This document shows, piece after piece, positions 18,045 through 24,910 of a stretch of DNA of 64,000 nucleotides. A program made the translations under genes and the position numbers. Source of the DNA: Candidatus Cloacimonadales bacterium (lineage in GTDB: Bacteria > Cloacimonadota > Cloacimonadia > Cloacimonadales > JAFGVF01). The notes below the pieces were generated by a model. It did not search any database, was not told the DNA's origin, and saw only the letters and a list, made by a program, of their open reading frames with translations. Position 1 is the first letter of the stretch. Each line of letters starts with the position of its first letter. The DNA lies in NCBI GenBank assembly GCA_963677815.1, contig OY782499.1, forward strand, positions 202,347-266,346, read 5' to 3'.

Positions 18045-18528
18045 AAATCACCTCCAGATATTTTTCAAATTTAACAACTATAGCCTCTGTGGTAGAATTT
18101 ATATCAGAAACAGAAACGTCTATCCAATGGATGTAAAAATATTCTCCCTTCATCTCTACAGTGAGAGTTCCAGGAGTTAAAGTAATTGAATTAGCAAGAA
18201 AAGCCCTTCCTAGAGGTGTTTTAAGTTTTGTTTTAACCTTAACAATACCAGGGTTTATAGGTAATTTTGGTGAGATAACTCTTCTAGCTACATCTAAATT
18301 TGATTTTATCAATTCCCAGCTAAAAACAAAAATATACCTAATAAAATAGATGATTGCTTTTAAACTGAACTTGATATCCCCTAAAATTCTTAGTCTTGGT
18401 AAAAATAATAGCGTAACTAATAAGGCTACCAATCCTCCGAATATAACTTCTTCTGTAGTCATTCCAGCTAACAGAATCCAAGTAATAAACAATAGAAATG
18501 TGGCAATAATAAATGTCTTAGCTCTCAT
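18037..18528 (-). CDS. MrpE/MnhE-like antiporter subunit
   Basis: 163 aa with two N-terminal TM helices, then the MnhE-like core ITLTPGTLTVE. It is the first structural gene after the TetR gene. Confidence 0.75.
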   Translation of the reverse strand: MRAKTFIIATFLLFITWILLAGMTTEEVIFGGLVALLVTLLFLPRLRILGDIKFSLKAIIYFIRYIFVFSWELIKSNLDVARRVISPKLPINPGIVKVKTKLKTPLGRAFLANSITLTPGTLTVEMKGEYFYIHWIDVSVSDINSTTEAIVVKFEKYLEVIFG

Positions 18529-18538
18529 TGTGCTTTCC

Positions 18539-19141
18539 TCACACTTGTTTTATTGAATCTATGATCAAATCAAAAAGGTAATCAAAATTATTTTCACCTT
18601 TTGTCCCTAATTCTGAAATAAAACTCTCATCTTCTCCCCATAAAGCTTTTGCTAATTTATCGACATCAATACTCGATTTAACAGACCTATCTTCGATACC
18701 CTGCAGAAGATATTTCTTAATCGTTTGATTAATGTCTTTATTATAATTTGCATTTTTATCAATTTCCTTATCAATAGCTTGACATTGTTGTTTGTGATAC
18801 TTGAAAGTCTCAAATATTTTACGAAAATCGTCTTTTTTTGAGAATTCACTTAAGAACTTTTCCTTAAAAGTTATCAATTTTTGCAAGCCTGTGTACTTCT
18901 TTTTCGAAATTTCATTTGCTAATTGAGCTATATCCATAAAATAATTATTTACTATACAAAAACAAACTTCATTCTTACTTTTGAAATATGAGTAGATAGA
19001 ACCCTTGCTATAGCCAACCTTCTTAGCTATCTCTAGCATTGTTGTATTTTCAAATCCTTTAGAAAAAAATATTTCCTTCGCAGCAGTTACTATTAAATTC
19101 TTTTTAAACTCGTATTCTTGTTGCTTACGATTAATTATCAA
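18539..19141 (-). CDS. TetR-family transcriptional regulator (first gene of Mbx-type operon)
   Basis: N-terminal TetR HTH reads TTMLEIAKKVGYSKGSIYSYFKSKNEV. TTG start is preceded by AAGGAAG at 6-nt spacing. There are 10 nt between its stop and the MrpE-like start. Confidence 0.85.
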   Translation of the reverse strand: MIINRKQQEYEFKKNLIVTAAKEIFFSKGFENTTMLEIAKKVGYSKGSIYSYFKSKNEVCFCIVNNYFMDIAQLANEISKKKYTGLQKLITFKEKFLSEFSKKDDFRKIFETFKYHKQQCQAIDKEIDKNANYNKDINQTIKKYLLQGIEDRSVKSSIDVDKLAKALWGEDESFISELGTKGENNFDYLFDLIIDSIKQV

Positions 19142-19187
19142 AATACACTTCCTTTTAATAAATTTCTTATTTAATTAAATCATATTC

Positions 19188-19216
19188 ATTTTATTGACTC
19201 TTGGTCAATTTGTCAA
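19188..19216 (-). promoter_or_regulatory. sigma70-type promoter of the TetR/Mbx-type operon
   Basis: On the minus strand: TTGACA (19216-19211), a 17-nt spacer, then TAAAAT (19193-19188), about 45 nt upstream of the TTG start. Confidence 0.6.
19193..19209. promoter_or_regulatory. candidate TetR operator: perfect palindrome ATTGAC-N5-GTCAAT in the promoter spacer
   Basis: ATTGACTCTTGGTCAAT lies exactly between the -35 and -10 hexamers of the operon that begins with a TetR gene. Confidence 0.5.
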
Positions 19217-19457
19217 TATATGTTTTATTTTTTTTAATTTTAGTCATTTACTTCCAGTAACCATCACTGTTTGAGAAAATAATTTGACAATAACTAAGGT
19301 AGATTAATCTTGTCACTTAATAGGTAGATTGATTTGTCTTTCTTGCAACTGCCAACATCTGAAGCAAAGATGTGAAACAAAGTGCTAATTAAGTTGAAAA
19401 TTAGTTATGCAATATCAAACCTAATCCTACCTGTAAAAACAAACAAAGGAGAAGCAA

Positions 19458-20417
19458 ATGTTAAGAACTGCTGAATTTGTAAGTCCAGGACATCCGGACA
19501 AATTATGTGACAGAATTGCTGATAGCATTCTGGATGTTTGTTTAGCACAGGATGAAAATACTCGTGCAGCCATCGAAGTAATGGGTGGCCACAAATTAAT
19601 AAGTGTTACAGGTGAAATTACCACCTCAGCATTTGTTAATGTTCAAGAAACTGTTAGAAAAATTACTGGTGAAAACTGTGGTGTTCAGGTAAATATTGTC
19701 AGACAATCACCTGAAATCGCTAATGGTGTTGATACTGGGGGAGCAGGTGACCAAGGTATAATGATTGGCTACGCCTGTAATGAAAATGAAGAAATGATTC
19801 CTCAAGAAGCCTATCTGGCCCGTTCATTAAATCGTTATTTATACAAAAATCATCCCTACGATGGTAAAACTCAAGTTACACTTAAAGATCAAGAAATAAT
19901 AGCTATAGTTGCTAGTTTCCAGTTAAGCCCAACTTCTGAATTAAAAGAAGAGATTAAAGCATGGGCAAAGGAAATGAACTTAGATATATCTAATACTAAG
20001 GTTCACGTTAATCCTGCTGGAGAATGGAATGTAGGAGGCTTTGACGCTGATACTGGTGTTACTGGTAGAAAACTAGCTGTAGATAACTATGGACCTAGGA
20101 TTCCTATTGGAGGTGGCGCTTTTTCTGGTAAAGACTCTACCAAAGTAGATAGATCAGGAGCTTATATGGCTAGACGTATTGCTGTTGATTACCTTAAAAA
20201 ATACCAAGCTAAAGAAGTATTTGTTGAACTAGCTTATGCAATTGGTGTTGCTGAACCAGTACAAGCTACTGCTGTAGTTGATGGTCAAGAAATGCAGGTG
20301 GAAGGCTATGATTTAACTCCTAGAGGTATCATTAAAGCTTTAGGATTAACAAAAGCTATCTTCGCATCTACTGCAGAATGGGGACATTTTGGTAACAAAT
20401 TCAACTGGGATAAATAA
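19458..20417 (+). CDS. metK: S-adenosylmethionine synthetase, compact (319 aa) form
   Basis: MetK motifs are present: SPGHPDKLCDRIAD, GAGDQGIMIGYA, TGRKLAVDNYG and GGGAFSGKDSTKVDRSGAYMAR. RBS is AAGGAG. It is about 65 aa shorter than the 384-aa E. coli MetK. Confidence 0.9.
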   Translation: MLRTAEFVSPGHPDKLCDRIADSILDVCLAQDENTRAAIEVMGGHKLISVTGEITTSAFVNVQETVRKITGENCGVQVNIVRQSPEIANGVDTGGAGDQGIMIGYACNENEEMIPQEAYLARSLNRYLYKNHPYDGKTQVTLKDQEIIAIVASFQLSPTSELKEEIKAWAKEMNLDISNTKVHVNPAGEWNVGGFDADTGVTGRKLAVDNYGPRIPIGGGAFSGKDSTKVDRSGAYMARRIAVDYLKKYQAKEVFVELAYAIGVAEPVQATAVVDGQEMQVEGYDLTPRGIIKALGLTKAIFASTAEWGHFGNKFNWDK

Positions 20418-20436
20418 ACCCAAATTTTTATAGATA

Positions 20437-20464
20437 AAGGCAGATTTTTTCTGCCTTTTTTTTG
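20437..20464 (+). terminator. rho-independent terminator of metK
   Basis: AAGGCAG-attttttc-CTGCCTT followed by TTTTTTTG, 20 nt after the stop. Confidence 0.85.
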
Positions 20465-20720
20465 CTCAACCAATTACCGCGGGCTGGAATCACGACCCCA
20501 CATTAATCCCCTTTCAGTTCATCAAAACGCACCAAAACTAACTGGGAACGCGGGATTCCAGCCCGCACCACGTACTTCTGTACGTGGATATTCTTGAGAA
20601 GTCCAGCACTAACGTGCTGGACGCGGGCAAGATGCCCGCGTTCCCAGTTAGAGGGGTGGTCGAGTAGACCGGGGAGAGTATTTGTCGGACGGTTGAGATT
20701 TTCTCAGCCAAAACCCTTTT
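20461..20720. repeat. mosaic of repeat modules (families 2 and 5, REP, REPIN A) filling the metK / M23 convergent intergenic region
   Basis: It contains an inverted partial family-2 unit (GAGGGGTGGTCGAGTAGACCGGGGAGAGTA, 20651-20680), REPIN A, a degenerate REP (20479-20500) and the family-5 hairpin. Confidence 0.85.
20540..20649 (+). repeat. 110-bp REPIN-like composite element, copy A
   Basis: It has the same 110-bp architecture and near-identical sequence. It lies between the convergent metK and M23 peptidase genes. Confidence 0.95.
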
Positions 20721-20748
20721 TAGATCATCAGAGCCTTTAGGTTAAATC

Positions 20749-22287
20749 CTATCTAGTTTTACTTTCTTGATTCTGAAGTTGCAAGTTAGTAATATATTCT
20801 TTTTTACTAGTTGCAATTCTTGTTTTTAATCCTTCAACTTGATTTAAGTATCTTTTCTTTCGTTCACCTTCAAGTTTATTAGCCGCCACCATCTTCAAGT
20901 TTGTTTTAGGATTAACCCATTTTCCATTAAGCTTAACACCAAAATGTAAATGAGGACCTGTAGAGCGTCCAGTTGAGCCTACAGTACCAATAATTTGTCC
21001 TTTAGCGACATAGCGTCCTTCTCTTGTTTTTATCTTATGAAGATGAGCATATTGAGTTATCATTCCATTATCATGTCTAATTCTCACATCATTACCATAA
21101 CCATCACCAGAATTTCTTGCCTTGATAACAGAACCAGAGGTTACAGCAAAAACAGGAGTTCCAGTTGAGCCACGCAAATCCATACCTTGGTGTTTGATTC
21201 TTCTACCTAAAATCGGATGAATTCTATAGCCATAAGGAGAGGTAATGTGCATGAGATTAAGAGGAGTACGAATATTACCTTGAACAAGGCCTTTACCATT
21301 TTCGGTATACATACCATTAAAAGCAGAAGCATCATTATCATCTACAAAGCGATAAGCTGATTTCGAGCCTGTTCTTTTACCTGAATACTTTACATACAAC
21401 ACTTTGCCCTGGGGCTCTCTTTCCCCATTTACAACTTTCTCTTGGACAAAGAGTTCGAAAGTATCTCCTACCCGAGCATCAGAAGATAAAGCTAATTGTG
21501 ATTCTATTGCATCATTAGCTTGTTGTCTTACAAAACTACTCAATCCTATTGATGCCATTGCTCTATCCATAGAATTATTATCTTTGCTTACCTGGCCAGT
21601 AAAATAAGTTTCCACTATTTCATAGGGATTAGTAACTAGCTTATATTCAAGTTCTCTTTCCCCCTTAATATAAAATTCATGAAGAGAAATTTTATCATTT
21701 TTATAAGAGAATTTATTAAACCTTTTTACTTTGAGGGAATCTAAATAATAATCTACAAAGAGAGTATCTCCTACATCAATACTTGTTGCATCAATATATT
21801 CACCCAACTTCCAAGCATAATAACCAATATGTTTTGCTTCCATACCTAAATCAGTTAAAACTTGATAAACAGAACCACCTTTAAGAATAGGTTTTCTCAC
21901 TTCAACTAAGTAGGATATAGAATCTTCTTTACATTTTTTTATATCATATTTAGCATTAAACAAATCTACTTTTGCTTCTTTGATTTCTCTAGTATCAATA
22001 GTAGCTTTAAAAAGAATATTGCTCTCGGTTTCAGTTGCTTTCTCACCAATTTTAGAGCCAATTATATCAAGAATATCTCCAGTATTTATGAAGTTCCTTG
22101 AAGTTATCTCCGCAAACAAATCTGCATTTTTACTAATAGTAAACTTGTCTATCAACTCATTACTTTTTCTAACTATTTTTACTCTCTTACCATCAACTAC
22201 TTTATATTCAGGTTCATTGTTACACTTACAACCTGAGAAAACTACAAGTATATATATTATTAACAAGTAAAATAAAGTTCTTTTCAT
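20749..22287 (-). CDS. M23-family (LytM-type) peptidoglycan metalloendopeptidase, probable lipoprotein
   Basis: Signal/lipobox is LVVFSGC. M23 catalytic motifs are HQGMDLRG (HxxxD) and GPHLHFGV (HxH). RBS is GAGGAG. Confidence 0.9.
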   Translation of the reverse strand: MKRTLFYLLIIYILVVFSGCKCNNEPEYKVVDGKRVKIVRKSNELIDKFTISKNADLFAEITSRNFINTGDILDIIGSKIGEKATETESNILFKATIDTREIKEAKVDLFNAKYDIKKCKEDSISYLVEVRKPILKGGSVYQVLTDLGMEAKHIGYYAWKLGEYIDATSIDVGDTLFVDYYLDSLKVKRFNKFSYKNDKISLHEFYIKGERELEYKLVTNPYEIVETYFTGQVSKDNNSMDRAMASIGLSSFVRQQANDAIESQLALSSDARVGDTFELFVQEKVVNGEREPQGKVLYVKYSGKRTGSKSAYRFVDDNDASAFNGMYTENGKGLVQGNIRTPLNLMHITSPYGYRIHPILGRRIKHQGMDLRGSTGTPVFAVTSGSVIKARNSGDGYGNDVRIRHDNGMITQYAHLHKIKTREGRYVAKGQIIGTVGSTGRSTGPHLHFGVKLNGKWVNPKTNLKMVAANKLEGERKKRYLNQVEGLKTRIATSKKEYITNLQLQNQESKTR

Positions 22288-22493
22288 AAATTCTCCTCAT
22301 GTGACAAATAATATATGCTATTTTTTTGGCAATATTTTTTTTATAAGTCACTCATTAGGAACCTATCAAAAAATGCAGATATCTAAATCTTTAGTTTCTC
22401 TTTCAAAATCTAGCCCCATTCAAGGACAACCAAAAATAATCATTAACATTCCCATTCTAAACTTATCTTAACCCAAAATTGTTAGCATAAATC

Positions 22494-22519
22494 TTGACAG
22501 CAATATTTATTAATATAAA
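22494..22519 (+). promoter_or_regulatory. candidate promoter of the olsB/olsA-like pair
   Basis: TTGACA, 14 nt, then TATAAA, about 30 nt upstream of the GTG start. The spacer is unusually short, but the P1 and P3 promoters show the same TTGACA-N14-TATAA(A/T) arrangement. Confidence 0.35.
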
Positions 22520-22550
22520 TTTAGCTTTATCTATAATAGGAGTTTAATTA

Positions 22551-23381
22551 GTGAATCAAAAAAATGTTATAAAAGCTATTTTAAGAGCTCGTTACAAGAA
22601 AAAAATAGAGTCTTTTTCAGCTAAAATTAATATAGAAATTAATAAAAAAAATTACATCATTAAAACAGCATCAAATCAAGATGAGCTTGAACAGGTCTTA
22701 ACTCTTAGACATCAAGTTTTTCTAGAAGAATTACTCCATAAAAAAAGACTTATCGAGGTTGATTTTGATAAATTTGATCTTCTTTGTGATCATCTCATGA
22801 TAATTAACAAGAGTGATGATTCTCTAATTGGTACTTATCGTTTGAATTGTTCCAAATTTAGTGGAGATTTCTATTCTGCAACTGAGTTTAACATTGATGC
22901 TATCATTGAACTTCCAGGGGAAAAAGTTGAATTAGGAAGAGCATGTGTCCATCCTGATTTCAGAAATGGCATGACTATTGCCCTTCTCTGGAAAGGTTTA
23001 TCTGAATACATGGCTGTATCAGGCTCCAGATTCTTTTTTGGTTGCTCAAGTATTAAATCTATGGATTATATGAAAATTTTACATATCTATAATGCTCTTG
23101 TAAGTTCTGGTAATTTAATCCATTTACCTGATGTCAAACCCCATGGTAAGTTTAAATCAAAAAGTCTTAAGAAACTTATCAAAACTCAAGATTTAGATGA
23201 ACAAAAAGATGAAATTAATCTAATGGAAGAACTGCCTCCTCTCTTAAAAAGTTACATCAAAGCTGGAGCAAAAGTAATAGGCCAACCTGCCCTAGATAAA
23301 GATTTTCAATGCTTTGATTTTTTAACTCTTTTGGATTTCCAAAATGCAGATAAGAAATATAAGGATAAGTATAAGAAATGA
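22551..23381 (+). CDS. GNAT-type N-acyltransferase, OlsB/GlsB-like (lyso-aminolipid synthase)
   Basis: Hemolysin-like acyltransferase motifs are LRHQVFLEEL, FDKFDLLCDHL and ELGRACVHPDFR. GTG start is preceded by AGGAG. It is translationally coupled (ATGA overlap) to an acyltransferase gene. Confidence 0.7.
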   Translation: MNQKNVIKAILRARYKKKIESFSAKINIEINKKNYIIKTASNQDELEQVLTLRHQVFLEELLHKKRLIEVDFDKFDLLCDHLMIINKSDDSLIGTYRLNCSKFSGDFYSATEFNIDAIIELPGEKVELGRACVHPDFRNGMTIALLWKGLSEYMAVSGSRFFFGCSSIKSMDYMKILHIYNALVSSGNLIHLPDVKPHGKFKSKSLKKLIKTQDLDEQKDEINLMEELPPLLKSYIKAGAKVIGQPALDKDFQCFDFLTLLDFQNADKKYKDKYKK

Positions 23382-24157
23382 TTATTATTAAATTACTGCT
23401 AACTATCTGGTATTTTTCTTGCTTTTTCGCTAAAGGTGGCTTAATAATGCTCTTTGTTAAGAACAGAATTAAACGTCATCAACTCAATGCAGAAAATACT
23501 TCTAAGGCTTGTAAAAGAATGGTTAAATTATTAGATTTACAAGTGCAGTTAACTAATCCAGACAAATGGGAGCTTTTAAAAAAGAGTAATTATTTAATTG
23601 TCGCAAATCATGTTTCCTATCTCGATATAGCCATTTTAACTTCAATTCGACCTCTATTATTCATTACCTCCAATGAAATGAAAAATACCCCCTTTTTGGG
23701 ACAATTAACCCAACTAGGAGGTAGTCTCTATACAGACAGAAAGAAGTTCACAGGTATTATGGGAGAAATTAAGAACTTTGCCTCTTTTTTAGCTGATGGC
23801 TTTAACGTAGTTCTCTTTCCTGAAGCTACTTCTACTGATGGCAAACAGCTTAGACCTTTTAAAAAATCGCTTCTTCAAGTTGCAATCCAAGCTGAAAAGC
23901 CAATCCTACCTATCTGTATCAAATATGTTACTAGTCAGGGAAATCCCATAACTGACGAGAATAGAGATAATTTCTACTGGTATGGAGATATGGCATTTCT
24001 TCCCCACTTTATGAGACTTATCAAAACTAAGAATACTAAAATTGAAGTAACTATTCTTGATGAAATTGAAGTAGTAAAAGATTCAGATAGAAAAGAGCTT
24101 AGTGATAAAGCCTTTCAACAAATTAGTAATAAATATTATTCCTATAAGTATTTATAA
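23378..24157 (+). CDS. lysophospholipid/lyso-aminolipid O-acyltransferase, PlsC/OlsA-like
   Basis: PlsC-family HX4D motif (NHVSYLD) and FPEATSTDG block are present, with an N-terminal TM helix. Confidence 0.8.
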   Translation: MIIIKLLLTIWYFSCFFAKGGLIMLFVKNRIKRHQLNAENTSKACKRMVKLLDLQVQLTNPDKWELLKKSNYLIVANHVSYLDIAILTSIRPLLFITSNEMKNTPFLGQLTQLGGSLYTDRKKFTGIMGEIKNFASFLADGFNVVLFPEATSTDGKQLRPFKKSLLQVAIQAEKPILPICIKYVTSQGNPITDENRDNFYWYGDMAFLPHFMRLIKTKNTKIEVTILDEIEVVKDSDRKELSDKAFQQISNKYYSYKYL

Positions 24158-24309
24158 ATCCCCTTTTGTGAGGGGGAAGGCAGGGGGTGATTCCTTTCAA
24201 TAACTGGGAACGCGGGCATCCCTGCCCGCCTATGGACCCTCAGATGGATGCAAGATGTATCCACTCCATCATATCCCCCTATGAGAGGGGGAAAACAGGG
24301 GGTGTTTCC
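24158..24309 (-). repeat. two family-3 G5/C5 hairpin elements flanking a REP
   Basis: ATCCCCTTTTGTGAGGGGGAAGGCAGGGGGTGATTCC (24158-24194) and ATCCCCCTATGAGAGGGGGAAAACAGGGGGTGTTTCC (24273-24309). Confidence 0.9.
24202..24229 (+). repeat. single REP (AACTGGGAACGCGGGCATCCCTGCCCGC)
   Basis: Matches the REP consensus and lies between the acyltransferase gene and ispF. Confidence 0.9.
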
Positions 24310-24335
24310 TAAAAAAAACAAAGAGGAGAATAATT

Positions 24336-24809
24336 ATGAGAATTGGCATGGGCTATGATGTTCATCAACTTGCACCCAACAGAAAGCTTATTTTAGGGGG
24401 AGTTGAAATCCCCTATCATCTTGGGTTAATAGGTCATTCAGATGCAGACGTACTCTTACACGCCATAACTGATGCTTTAATAGGTGCATTAGCCTTAGGA
24501 GATATAGGAAAACTATTCCCTGACACTGATAATCAATATGCTGGAATAGATTCTCGCATTCTCTTAAAGAGGGTATGGCAAATCATCAAAGATAAGGGTT
24601 ATCATATTGGAAATATAGACTCCACTATCTGTGCTCAAAAACCAAAACTTCAAGCTTATATCCCACAAATGAGATATAATATCGCTCAGGATTTAGAGTG
24701 TTCTTTAGATGATGTCTCTGTTAAAGCAACTACTGAAGAGAGAATGGGAATTAGCGGTTCTGAAAAGGGCATGACTGCTTATGCTGTGGTTTTGTTAGAA
24801 AAGGCATAG
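24336..24809 (+). CDS. ispF: 2-C-methyl-D-erythritol 2,4-cyclodiphosphate synthase
   Basis: Motifs are MRIGMGYDVHQL, GHSDADVLLHAITDALIGA and GDIGKLFPDTD. RBS is GAGGAG. Confidence 0.95.
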   Translation: MRIGMGYDVHQLAPNRKLILGGVEIPYHLGLIGHSDADVLLHAITDALIGALALGDIGKLFPDTDNQYAGIDSRILLKRVWQIIKDKGYHIGNIDSTICAQKPKLQAYIPQMRYNIAQDLECSLDDVSVKATTEERMGISGSEKGMTAYAVVLLEKA

Positions 24810-24825
24810 ACTGGAAGTGCTGGAT

Positions 24826-24852
24826 GCGGGCTGGAATCCCGCTTTCCCAGTT
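24826..24852 (-). repeat. single REP (GCGGGCTGGAATCCCGCTTTCCCAGTT)
   Basis: Matches the REP consensus and lies between the ispF stop and the bidirectional terminator. Confidence 0.9.
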
Positions 24853-24853
24853 A

Positions 24854-24890
24854 ATAAAAAGCCCCTGCTTTCCAGCAGGGGCTTATCTTT
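24854..24890. terminator. bidirectional terminator (ispF on +, P1 on -)
   Basis: AAGCCCCTGC-tttcca-GCAGGGGCTT is flanked by an A-run upstream and a T-rich run downstream. Confidence 0.8.
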
Positions 24891-24910
24891 ATTTGATTAT
24901 ATTAAGCGTT

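Noticed and set aside
19290-19457. A known SAM riboswitch upstream of metK.
   Set aside because: I could not find the conserved cores of SAM-I, SAM-II/V or SAM-III (SMK) by eye. The possibility of an unclassified leader is kept only as a low-interest finding.
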